From Pseudothioglobus sp. nBUS_23 (GTDB lineage Bacteria > Pseudomonadota > Gammaproteobacteria > PS1 > Pseudothioglobaceae), in the NCBI RefSeq assembly GCF_051201565.1, contig NZ_CP179200.1, positions 330,001 through 362,000 on the forward strand: a stretch of DNA of 32,000 bases, read 5' to 3'. The notes beneath the pieces were generated by a model that ran no database searches, was not told the DNA's origin, and worked only from the letters and a program-made list of their open reading frames with translations. The position numbers and the translations under genes were made by a program. This document shows positions 9,490 to 18,173 of the stretch, one piece after another. Position 1 is the first letter of the stretch. Each line of letters starts with the position of its first letter.

Positions 9490-10236
9490 ATGAGAATCCT
9501 TATAAGTAACGATGATGGCTATAAGGCTGATGGAATAATTCAGCTTGCTAAGTCATTAAGTGAAATTGCCCAGGTGATTGTCGTTGCGCCTAGTGAAAAT
9601 AAATCGGCTGCTAGTAGCTCACTTACTATAGGAAAGCCTTTAAAACCAATTCAGATAGAAAATAATGTCTATGCTATTAATGCAACTCCTAGTGACTGCG
9701 TTCATCTAGCGCTGTGTGGCTTTATTAAAGAGCCCATTGATCTTGTTGTTACTGGTATTAATTTTGGTGCAAATTTGGGTGATGATGTTATTTATTCAGG
9801 AACAGTAGCTGGAGCCATTGAAGGGAGGTTTTTGGGGCTTCCATCTATAGCTTTGTCATTGGCAAGTTGGGAGTGCAATCATTTTGATACTGCTGGAAAT
9901 ATTGCTAAGGTTCTTGTTGAGCAGATTTATAAAGCTCCATTGTCAAACAATACTATTATAAATGTGAATGTACCTGATATTCCAATGAGCGAGATTATGG
10001 GGATAAAGAGTACTCGCTTAGGAAGTCGTCATAAATCAGCACCAAGTATTCAAGATCCAAAAGATTCATCATTGTATTGGATTGGGGAAAATGGACAAGA
10101 AGATGACAATGGGAAGGGCACTGACTTTAATGCAATATCAAATAACTTTGTATCTGTAACACCTCTTCAGATTGATTTAACAAAATATTCTGAAGTTAAT
10201 CAACTTTCTAATTGGCTAGAAAATATTAACTATTGA
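9490..10236 (+). CDS. surE: 5'/3'-nucleotidase SurE
   Basis: 248 aa. [40 protein letters not shown] and [11 protein letters not shown] are collinear with E. coli SurE. The ATG directly abuts the clpA stop. Confidence 0.9.
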   Translation: MRILISNDDGYKADGIIQLAKSLSEIAQVIVVAPSENKSAASSSLTIGKPLKPIQIENNVYAINATPSDCVHLALCGFIKEPIDLVVTGINFGANLGDDVIYSGTVAGAIEGRFLGLPSIALSLASWECNHFDTAGNIAKVLVEQIYKAPLSNNTIINVNVPDIPMSEIMGIKSTRLGSRHKSAPSIQDPKDSSLYWIGENGQEDDNGKGTDFNAISNNFVSVTPLQIDLTKYSEVNQLSNWLENINY

Positions 10237-11897
10237 TTCCAAGTGTCTCTTAATCCTACTGTTTTGTTAAAGACCAAGCCTTTATCTGAGATATCTCTAC
10301 AAAAATAGCCTTCTCGTTCAAATTGATATGCTTTTTGAATCTCAGCCTCTTTAAGATTTGGTTCAACATAGCCATTTTTTATAATAAGTGAATCTGGATT
10401 TAGTACCATCGACATGTCCTCAAATTTAGAAGGGTTAGGGTCTAAAAAAAGTCGATCATAAATTTTAAACTCTGCTGGAAGTGCTTTACTAGACTCTACA
10501 AAGTGAATAACTCCTTTTACTTTTCTTCCATCAGTTGGATTTTTACCTAGAGTCTCTGGATCATAAGAGCAAAAGATAGTTGTAATATTTCCGTTATCAT
10601 CTTTTTCTACCCTAAGGGCTTTAATAATATATGCGTTCCTTAAGCGAACCTCTTTATCGATTGCGAGTCGTTTAAATTTATTATTTGGAGCGGTTTCCTG
10701 AAAATCTGCTTTGTCAATATATATTTCTTTACTAAAAAATATTTCTCTAGATCCCATTTTTTCATTTTGAGGATGATTAGGTGCTAAAAGTGATTCAACT
10801 TTTTCTTGAGGATAGTTTTCAATGACAAGTTTAACTGGATTAATTACTGCCATTGACCTTGGTGCATTAGAATTTAAGTCATCTCTAATTGAGGATTCTA
10901 ATATTGAAATATCAGTAAGACTGTTTACTTTAGACACGCCAACTCTTTCTGAAAAATCTCTTATTGAGGCTGGGGTAAAGCCTCTTCTTCTAAGCCCAGA
11001 AATTGTAGGCATTCTAGGATCATCCCAGCCAGATACATGCTTTTCATCCACTAGAAGCTTTAATTTTCTTTTAGAAGTTGTGGCATATTCAAGGTTTAAT
11101 CTAGAAAACTCATATTGATAAGGCCTATCAGGTTTATTGAAAGCATCTAAATTTTCTAGTATCCAATCATAAATTCTTCGATTATCTTGAAATTCAAGAG
11201 TACAAATGGAATGGGAAACTCCTTCAACAGCATCTCCAATACAATGAGCAAAGTCATACATTGGATAAATACACCAATGATCTTCAGTTTGATGATGTGT
11301 TTCAAATCGAATACGATATAAAGTTGGATCTCGCATACACATAAAGCTTGATTTCATATCAATTTTTGCTCTAAGAACGCATTCTCCTTCTTTTAATTCA
11401 CCTACTTTCATTTTTTCAAAAAGTTTAAGATTCTCTTGAACGGTTGAATTTCTGTATGGACTATCCTTACCTGGTTTTCTGAGAGTGCCTCGATAGTCAC
11501 GAATTTCTTCTGAGCTCAAAAAGCATACATAGGCTAAATCTTTCTTTATTAATTCGAGAGCACATTCATAAAACTTCTGAAAGTAGTTAGAGCTAAATTT
11601 AATTTCCTCATTCCAGTCATAGCCAAGCCACTTGACATCATTTTTTATAGAATTGACATACTCAATATCTTCTTTTGATGGGTTTGTGTCATCAAATCTT
11701 AAATTGCAATATCCATCATAATCTAGTGCAGTTCCAAAGTTAAGACAAATAGATTTTGCGTGACCAATGTGAAGATAACCATTTGGCTCTGGAGGGAAGC
11801 GCGTAATTACTTTATTATATTTACCCTTCAAAAGGTCTTCATCTATGATATTGCGAATAAAATTGGTTGGTTTATCAAATGTATTTTTAAGATTCAT
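10230..11897 (-). CDS. glnS: Glutaminyl-tRNA synthetase
   Basis: 555 aa class-I aaRS. It has the HIGH motif (HIGHAK), the KMSKS-equivalent TSKRK and the GlnRS-type C-terminal anticodon-binding beta-barrels. Its 3' end overlaps surE by 7 nt in convergent orientation. Confidence 0.9.
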   Translation of the reverse strand: MNLKNTFDKPTNFIRNIIDEDLLKGKYNKVITRFPPEPNGYLHIGHAKSICLNFGTALDYDGYCNLRFDDTNPSKEDIEYVNSIKNDVKWLGYDWNEEIKFSSNYFQKFYECALELIKKDLAYVCFLSSEEIRDYRGTLRKPGKDSPYRNSTVQENLKLFEKMKVGELKEGECVLRAKIDMKSSFMCMRDPTLYRIRFETHHQTEDHWCIYPMYDFAHCIGDAVEGVSHSICTLEFQDNRRIYDWILENLDAFNKPDRPYQYEFSRLNLEYATTSKRKLKLLVDEKHVSGWDDPRMPTISGLRRRGFTPASIRDFSERVGVSKVNSLTDISILESSIRDDLNSNAPRSMAVINPVKLVIENYPQEKVESLLAPNHPQNEKMGSREIFFSKEIYIDKADFQETAPNNKFKRLAIDKEVRLRNAYIIKALRVEKDDNGNITTIFCSYDPETLGKNPTDGRKVKGVIHFVESSKALPAEFKIYDRLFLDPNPSKFEDMSMVLNPDSLIIKNGYVEPNLKEAEIQKAYQFEREGYFCRDISDKGLVFNKTVGLRDTWNQ

Positions 11898-12002
11898 AGT
11901 TATATGAATTGACCATAATGTAGGGTGATTAAATTATATCATTTAAATGCGTAAATTAATATGTGGTGCTTTGAAAGACTGTGACATTGTAAAATAGTTT
12001 TT

Positions 12003-13004
12003 ATGAGAATAGCGATTGTAAAACTTTCTGCACTAGGTGATATTGTTCATGCAATGATTGTTTTGCAGTTTATAAAGAATACTCAAAGTGATATTTCTAT
12101 TGATTGGATTGTTGAAAAGAAATATAAAGAGTTATTGGAATCAAATCCAGATATAGACAGTGTTCATTCTATTAGCTTAAAGCGAGCTAAAAAGAAACAA
12201 TCAATCCTAGCATTTTTTAAAGCAGTTAGAAAAGTTCGTAAGCTGCAAAAATATGACTTAGTTATTGATATGCAAGGTTTAATTAAATCAGCTTTAATTT
12301 CTCGATTAATTCCTTCAAAATTAACTATTGGGTTTGATAAATTTTCAATTAGGGAGAAGGCCGCATCCATTTTTTATAACACTACTTTTAATTGCCCTTA
12401 TGAGAAAAATATAATTGAGCGAAATATTTCTATAGTAGAGTTTGCAATGGGAATAACTATTTATAAAAAACAAATTTTAAACAAACTTCCTTTTCTGTTT
12501 TCTCACTCAAATAATTTAACCATTAAAGTATTAAATTCTAAAAAAAATATTATTTTAATACCTGGTGCGTCTGATGATTTAAAAAGATACCCTGCAAGAA
12601 AATTAGCAAAATTAACTGAATTGATTGATGCTAATTTTTTAATTATATGGGGAAGTTATGAGGAAAAAATAATTGGTGAGCAAATAAAGAATCTATCAAA
12701 TAATACTACTGTTTGTAATAGAACAACTCTTGATGATTTAATTTCATTAATCTCTAAAGCTCATTTAGTGATTGGCCCAGACACTGGCCCTACTCACATA
12801 GCATGGGCTTTAAATATTCCATCAATTACTATTTTTGGGCCAACTCCAGGATATAGGAATACTTTCATGACAGATATCAATAAAATAATTGAATCTGAAT
12901 CTGAAGTAAATCCTTTTAAGATTAGTAAAAATGATTTTTCAATAGCAAATATTGATGAAGAAGAAATTGTTAAAATGGCAAATTCACTTTTAAAACTTGG
13001 ATAA
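12003..13004 (+). CDS. waaC: GT9 ADP-heptose:LPS heptosyltransferase I (WaaC-like)
   Basis: 333 aa. MRIAIVKLSALGDIVHA..., IDWIVEKKY, YDLVIDMQGLIKSALISRL and GPDTGPTHIAWALNIPSITIFGPT are collinear with remembered E. coli WaaC (MRVLIVKTSSMGDVLH; FDWVVEEGF; YDAVIDAQGLVKSAALVTRL; DTGLSHLTAALDRPNITVYGPT). Confidence 0.7.
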   Translation: MRIAIVKLSALGDIVHAMIVLQFIKNTQSDISIDWIVEKKYKELLESNPDIDSVHSISLKRAKKKQSILAFFKAVRKVRKLQKYDLVIDMQGLIKSALISRLIPSKLTIGFDKFSIREKAASIFYNTTFNCPYEKNIIERNISIVEFAMGITIYKKQILNKLPFLFSHSNNLTIKVLNSKKNIILIPGASDDLKRYPARKLAKLTELIDANFLIIWGSYEEKIIGEQIKNLSNNTTVCNRTTLDDLISLISKAHLVIGPDTGPTHIAWALNIPSITIFGPTPGYRNTFMTDINKIIESESEVNPFKISKNDFSIANIDEEEIVKMANSLLKLG

Positions 13005-14171
13005 ATGAAAATAACAGTAATTGGTTCTGGCTATGTTGGTTTATCAAATGCAGTACTTCTTTCCCAAAAAAATGAAGTTGTAGTTCTTGATTTAGTTGAA
13101 GAAAAAATACAAATGTTGAATCGTCTTGAATCTCCTATAGATGATGATTATATTAAAGAGTATTTGACTGTTAGAAAGCTTAACTTATCTGCAACTTTAG
13201 ATAAAAATAAGGCTATTAAAAATGCTGATTATATAATTATTGCTGTTCCAACCAACTTTAATGATGCTACTCAAAGTTTTGAAACTGAAGATCTTAAAAA
13301 AACAATCAAAGACATTATTAAAATAAATCAAAATTCTGTTATTGTTATAAAGTCAACTGTTCCTATTGGCTTTACTGAATCATTAAGAAAACATTTAGAT
13401 GTTACTAATATTATTTTTTCACCTGAATTCTTAAGAGAAGGAAAAGCATTATTTGACAATCTTTATCCTTCCAGAATAATTGTTGGAGAGGTGTCAGAGC
13501 GTGCAAAAAAATTTGCAAAGCTACTTGCTGATGGTGCGATTAAGAAAGATATTAAAATTCTTTATACAAATTCTTCAGAAGCTGAAGCGATAAAGTTGTT
13601 TTCTAATGGTTATTTAGCAATGCGAGTAGCATTCTTTAATGAGCTTGATTCTTTTGCAGAAATTGAAAATTTAAATACTGAAAGTATTATTGAGGGTATG
13701 AGCTTTGATCCAAGAATTGGTTCACATTACAATAATCCATCTTTTGGGTATGGTGGTTATTGTTTTCCAAAGGATACAAAACAATTGTTAACTAACTTCA
13801 AAAATATTCCAAATAATTTAGTAAAAGCTATTGTTGATTCTAATTCAACTCGAAAAGATCATATTGCAAATGCAATCATAAGTAAAAAACCCAAAATAGT
13901 TGGAATTTATCGATTAATTATGAAGTCTGATTCAGATAATTTTAGATTTTCATCAATATTAGGTGTAATTGAAAGGCTAAAAATGCACGAAATCCATGTT
14001 CAGATTTACGAACCATCTATAGATGAAGTTTTTTTTAATAACATTGAAGTTATCAGCGATTTACAAGTATTTAAATCGTCCTCTGATTTGATATTAGCTA
14101 ATCGACTAAATAATGAGATTATTGATGCACAGGATAAAGTTTACAGTAGAGATATATTCAATAATAATTAG
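13005..14171 (+). CDS. ugd: UDP-glucose 6-dehydrogenase
   Basis: 388 aa, the same length as E. coli Ugd and collinear with it throughout. Shared blocks are MKITVIGSGYVGLSN, IIFSPEFLREGKALFDNLYPSRI, the catalytic Cys block NNPSFGYGGYCFPKDTKQL and VGIYRLIMKSDSDNFR. The ATG directly follows the waaC stop. Confidence 0.9.
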   Translation: MKITVIGSGYVGLSNAVLLSQKNEVVVLDLVEEKIQMLNRLESPIDDDYIKEYLTVRKLNLSATLDKNKAIKNADYIIIAVPTNFNDATQSFETEDLKKTIKDIIKINQNSVIVIKSTVPIGFTESLRKHLDVTNIIFSPEFLREGKALFDNLYPSRIIVGEVSERAKKFAKLLADGAIKKDIKILYTNSSEAEAIKLFSNGYLAMRVAFFNELDSFAEIENLNTESIIEGMSFDPRIGSHYNNPSFGYGGYCFPKDTKQLLTNFKNIPNNLVKAIVDSNSTRKDHIANAIISKKPKIVGIYRLIMKSDSDNFRFSSILGVIERLKMHEIHVQIYEPSIDEVFFNNIEVISDLQVFKSSSDLILANRLNNEIIDAQDKVYSRDIFNNN

Positions 14172-14181
14172 AGGTCAGTAT

Positions 14182-14712
14182 TTACATATTTTGGATTACT
14201 CCAATAGCATCTTTAATAGACTCTAATATATATTTAGCTGAAGTATTATTTTCATCAATTTTATGACCACTTTTTAACAAAATTGTATTGGTGACTCCTG
14301 AACTTCTTGCAGCACTTATGTCACTCTCCTTGTCGCCAATCATCCAAGAATTTTTCATGTCAATTTCATGCTTATTTTTTGCATTTAAAAACATTCCAGG
14401 TTTTGGTTTCCTGCAAAAGCAATTTTTTTCTGGATGGTGCGGACAAAAGAAAATATCATAAATTTCTATTTTATTTTTGATAAACTCATTTTTTAACCAT
14501 TCAGTTAAATTATAGTATTCCTCAAGAGAATAATAGCCTCTTCCAATGCCAGATTGATTGGATATTATTATAATTTTAAAACCAAGTTTCTGAAAGTATC
14601 TACAAGATTCAAAAACTCCATCAATAAATTTAAAATCTTCGATTTTATGAAGATAATTTACCTCATGATTAATGACTCCATCTCGATCAAGAAAAATTGT
14701 CTTTATAGTCAT
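14182..14712 (-). CDS. gmhB: D-glycero-beta-D-manno-heptose-1,7-bisphosphate 7-phosphatase
   Basis: 176 aa HAD phosphatase. It has motif I FLDRDGVIN, the Zn-binding CPHHP..C.CRKPKPGM block typical of GmhB/HisB-N, and GDKESD. Confidence 0.85.
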   Translation of the reverse strand: MTIKTIFLDRDGVINHEVNYLHKIEDFKFIDGVFESCRYFQKLGFKIIIISNQSGIGRGYYSLEEYYNLTEWLKNEFIKNKIEIYDIFFCPHHPEKNCFCRKPKPGMFLNAKNKHEIDMKNSWMIGDKESDISAARSSGVTNTILLKSGHKIDENNTSAKYILESIKDAIGVIQNM

Positions 14713-14778
14713 AATTCAAAGTAAGTATAATCAATTTGATATCTTGATTATATATAGAGATAGTTAAAATAATCACTT

Positions 14779-16035
14779 ATGCATCCAAAATCTAGACTAA
14801 ATTTAATCTATCAATATTTGCTCATGACTCTAGCATTTCTGATGCCATTGACTGTATTTGGTGCAAATTTTATAATAGTTTTGATAGTGTTAATTTGGCT
14901 ATTATCTGGGGACTATAAGAACAAATTTTATGAAATATCAAGTAATAAATTTCTTCTTGCAAGTATTTTCTTTTATTTAATTCACATATTAGGCTTGATT
15001 TGGACTAGTGATATTTCTTGGGGTCTAAAAATTCTTCATAAAATGTGGTATTTTATTTTACTACTTCCTATTCTTTACACTATAGTTCAACGAGATTATA
15101 TTAAATACTATGTCACTTTATTTTTATTGGCAATAAGCTTTACTGAGATAGTTTCATATTTACTATGGTTTGAGTTGATTGAGCCATTTAAGATTGTAAG
15201 GATTCCTAACTCACTATCTTTAATGGTAATGAGAGGAGGAGATTTACAATACATGGTAAATAATCCAACACCATTTATGAGTCATGTCTCATATAATCCT
15301 ATACTAACTGTAGCCATTTATCTTGTATATCATGAAATCTTTTTAAATAAAAAATTAGACAAAATTAAATTTTTCTTCTACAGTTTTTTTGCTGTAACTA
15401 TGACTTTTAATATGTTTATTACGGGAGGGCGTGCCGGACAGGTGATGTACTTTGGAATGCTTGCGATACTCATTTTTCAATTCTTTAATTCAGATAAGAT
15501 TAAATCTTTATTTGCGATGCTAATTCTTATTCCTGGAATTTTCTTTGGCGCTTATCATACAAGTGATTTATTTAAATATAGGGTTGATCTTGTAGCTCAA
15601 AATATACAAGAATATGAATTAAATAAAAATACTTCAGTTGGCAAAAGGATTTCTTATGCTAAAAACTCTTGGGATCTCATTTCAGATTCTCCAATTATTG
15701 GGGTTGGTACAGGAGATTTTCCTAGTGAATTTAAGAGAATAAGCATCAAAAATAAAAATTATGAGGGAACTATTACAACTAATCCACACAATATGTACAG
15801 CTTAATCCTGGTTCAACTTGGCTTAGTAGGTTTAATAAGTTTTTTGTCGATTTTTTATTTTCAAGTCAAACTAGCCCTAGTTTCAAAAAATTTATTTATT
15901 CGAGATATGGGGATTACTCTTCCACTTTTGTATCTTTTAATAATGTTTAGTGATAGTTATTTATTGGGGCACTTTACAAGCCTTGTGTTCATTTTTTTTA
16001 GTTCCTTTCTTTACAAAAATTTTGAAGAAAATTAA
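14779..16035 (+). CDS. O-antigen ligase family (Wzy_C domain) membrane protein, WaaL-like
   Basis: 418 aa with roughly 10-12 predicted TM helices and a large loop carrying GGRAGQ...; the conserved His-containing block is NPHNMYSLILVQLGLVG. Its position among core glycosyltransferases favours WaaL over Wzy. A PglL-type O-oligosaccharyltransferase cannot be excluded. Confidence 0.6.
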   Translation: MHPKSRLNLIYQYLLMTLAFLMPLTVFGANFIIVLIVLIWLLSGDYKNKFYEISSNKFLLASIFFYLIHILGLIWTSDISWGLKILHKMWYFILLLPILYTIVQRDYIKYYVTLFLLAISFTEIVSYLLWFELIEPFKIVRIPNSLSLMVMRGGDLQYMVNNPTPFMSHVSYNPILTVAIYLVYHEIFLNKKLDKIKFFFYSFFAVTMTFNMFITGGRAGQVMYFGMLAILIFQFFNSDKIKSLFAMLILIPGIFFGAYHTSDLFKYRVDLVAQNIQEYELNKNTSVGKRISYAKNSWDLISDSPIIGVGTGDFPSEFKRISIKNKNYEGTITTNPHNMYSLILVQLGLVGLISFLSIFYFQVKLALVSKNLFIRDMGITLPLLYLLIMFSDSYLLGHFTSLVFIFFSSFLYKNFEEN

Positions 16036-17104
16036 TCAAATTTTAATAATAATACAACGATCTAATGGAGATGTTTTTTTGAGTTCATCTTTGATACAGG
16101 TGCTTTATGAATTCTATAAATCACCACAAATTGATTTGTTAATAAACGAAGACACATTGCAGATTGCCAAAACCTTGCCTTTTGTAAATAACATAATTAC
16201 TTTTTCATATAAAAAAAAACAAAATAGTAGATTTGTTCAGGAAAAAAAAATTTTTAAATCAATATTCAAAAAATATGATTTAAGTATCAACCTTACAGCA
16301 AGTGATAGAAGTGTTTTGTACTCAATCCTTGCTGCGCGAAAATCAATAAGTGCAGTTGAGAAAAACCACAAAAAATCTTGGTGGAAAAAGAAACTTTTGA
16401 ATTCCTACTACTTTTTTGACCCAACAAGACATATTCTTTTAAATAATTTAAAGCCATTACACATTCTAAATATTAAACATGAAGACAATCAAGGATATAT
16501 TGAATCATCTAAACTAGCTAAGAACTCAGTTAATAAAATACTTGAACAAAAAGGTATTAAGAATTTCATTATTTTTCATCCTTCCTCTCAGTATGATTAC
16601 AAAATTTATCCTAAACACTTAAGAGATCAGTTTTTATTATTATTAAATTCACTTGAGGTTCCAATTGTAATAACTGGGTCTAACAATTTTATTGATAAAA
16701 GAATTAAAAAAGAATTACCAAGCCTGCCTAATTTATATGACCTTATTGGAAAAACCTCTATCGAAGAATATGTAGCTCTAAGTGAATTGGCTAGTGCTTA
16801 CATTGGCATGGATACTCTAAATATGCATATAGCTGCGTCTCAAAATAAGCGTATTTTTGCAATATTTGGACCAACTAATTTGAAGATGTGGTCACCGTGG
16901 TCCAATAAATTGCAAACCGGAGCTCAGGAGAATAAAACAATTCAAACCTATGATCAAATTACAATTTTCCAATCAAATTTGCCATGTGTTGCATGTGGTA
17001 AAGCCGGATGTAATGACCAAGGAAGAAGTGAGTGTTTGTACGATATTAATCCTATAAAAATATTTAATGAAATAAAACGTTGGTTTCTTAGTTATGGAGT
17101 TTGA
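16022..17104 (+). CDS. GT9-family glycosyltransferase (heptosyltransferase II/III-like)
   Basis: The N-terminal GT9 block is ILIIIQRSNGDVFLSSSL. The C-terminal block is GMDTLNMHIAASQNKRIFAIFGPTN, followed by the Cys-rich tail LPCVACGKAGC...CL. The start is uncertain because the frame has no ATG. The track ORF begins at GTG 15950 (86-nt overlap with the ligase gene); TTG 15983 and TTG 16022 are alternatives, and I list the shortest. Confidence 0.65.
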   Translation: MKKINQILIIIQRSNGDVFLSSSLIQVLYEFYKSPQIDLLINEDTLQIAKTLPFVNNIITFSYKKKQNSRFVQEKKIFKSIFKKYDLSINLTASDRSVLYSILAARKSISAVEKNHKKSWWKKKLLNSYYFFDPTRHILLNNLKPLHILNIKHEDNQGYIESSKLAKNSVNKILEQKGIKNFIIFHPSSQYDYKIYPKHLRDQFLLLLNSLEVPIVITGSNNFIDKRIKKELPSLPNLYDLIGKTSIEEYVALSELASAYIGMDTLNMHIAASQNKRIFAIFGPTNLKMWSPWSNKLQTGAQENKTIQTYDQITIFQSNLPCVACGKAGCNDQGRSECLYDINPIKIFNEIKRWFLSYGV

Positions 17105-18173
17105 AAGGACATACACGCTTCCGTTTATAAATAGTATAGCTAATTTGAAGGATGAGCACTTTAGGAACAAAAATATTTTTAAAAGATATATTAAATTTTT
17201 AAAAAGATTAATTTACATTTCAGTAAAGCATCAAAAAACAAAAGAAATTTTTGAAATTCTGCCAATACATCAAAATATACTCTGGATTAACCTTTCAGCT
17301 CCAAGTTTGGGTGATAGTCTTATGGATCTTTCAAGTCGAATTTTGTTGAAAGGAAGAAAAATTGATTTATTTACTGATAAAAAAAATTATCACTTATATT
17401 TAGATGATGAGGTTTTTAGTGGAATTTTTACAAATACAAAAGAGCTTGAGAAGGAAAAATATGACTTAGTTATCCTTGACTCTTATAGTTCTAGAACAAT
17501 TAAAGCTAAATCCAACTTAGCAAAAAAAACTCCATATGTGTCAATGTATGGTTATTTTAATGGACCTGAAGTAAATCGAATTCTTTTTAGTTTCTATCAA
17601 ATGAATCATTTGCTTGGCTACGTGAAAAGTGAAGGAGAAATTCATGAGATAGCTAAAAACTTAATTTCAATTTCTGATCTTGATAAGATTATAGTTCAAG
17701 ATCTTGTTCCAAGCGATTATGTTGCAATAGTTCTTGGCGGTGAGTGGAAATACAAAACGTACTCTAGGTGGAATGATCTTATACTAAATATTAAAGATTA
17801 TAATAAAACTAATTTTATTTTTATAGGCTCTAAGAATGCTACAGATGATGCTCGGCAAATTACTAAGAGGCTTTCTAATGAAAAATTTCTTGATTTGACT
17901 GGCAGGTTAACTTTCAATCAATCAGTGGAGGTTATTAATAAATCTAGATTGACATTATGCTGTGATGGAGGGTTGTTTCATGGCGCAACAGCAATTCAAG
18001 CAAATATAATTGTACTTTTAGCAAGATTGGCGCCCGAAATGCTCACTACTAAAAGAACTAAAATTTCATATTTATATGATGAATCAAATGTAAATAATAT
18101 TTCTATTGATTCAATTTTAGAAAAATACTATGAAAAAGTTAATCTCTTTGATAATCATCCTCAAAGCGAATAA
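17094..18173 (+). CDS. Divergent GT9-like glycosyltransferase with a basic N-terminal extension of about 60 aa
   Basis: 359 aa. GT9-like blocks are ILWINLSAPSLGDSLMDL, KYDLVILDSYSS, YVAIVLGGEWKYKTYSRW and LTGRLTFNQSVEVINKSRLTLCCDGGLFHGATAIQANIIVLL, with DGGxFH in place of the usual DSGxMH. The ATG overlaps the upstream gene by 11 nt. Confidence 0.5.
   Translation: MEFERTYTLPFINSIANLKDEHFRNKNIFKRYIKFLKRLIYISVKHQKTKEIFEILPIHQNILWINLSAPSLGDSLMDLSSRILLKGRKIDLFTDKKNYHLYLDDEVFSGIFTNTKELEKEKYDLVILDSYSSRTIKAKSNLAKKTPYVSMYGYFNGPEVNRILFSFYQMNHLLGYVKSEGEIHEIAKNLISISDLDKIIVQDLVPSDYVAIVLGGEWKYKTYSRWNDLILNIKDYNKTNFIFIGSKNATDDARQITKRLSNEKFLDLTGRLTFNQSVEVINKSRLTLCCDGGLFHGATAIQANIIVLLARLAPEMLTTKRTKISYLYDESNVNNISIDSILEKYYEKVNLFDNHPQSE

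Noticed and set aside
10822-11118. A 98-aa ORF antisense to glnS.
   Set aside because: It is entirely within the conserved GlnRS coding region, has no recognisable motif, start context or promoter, and is most simply a shadow ORF of the glnS codon pattern.
16211-16250. Homopolymeric A9 tracts (16211-16219 and 16242-16250) inside a GT9 gene, as possible slipped-strand phase-variation switches. Similar A/T8-9 runs occur in other glycan genes, for example near 17389, 17521, 21233, 21583, 21833, 22346, 25066 and 27136.
   Set aside because: Equivalent A/T8-9 runs also occur in guaA, in the TviB-like gene and in intergenic DNA. They mostly encode Lys-Lys-Lys or Phe-Phe in a very AT-rich genome. 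Known phase-variable LPS genes usually rely on longer tracts or poly-G/C. Without population-level length variation this is background composition. It could be revisited using read-level indel analysis.
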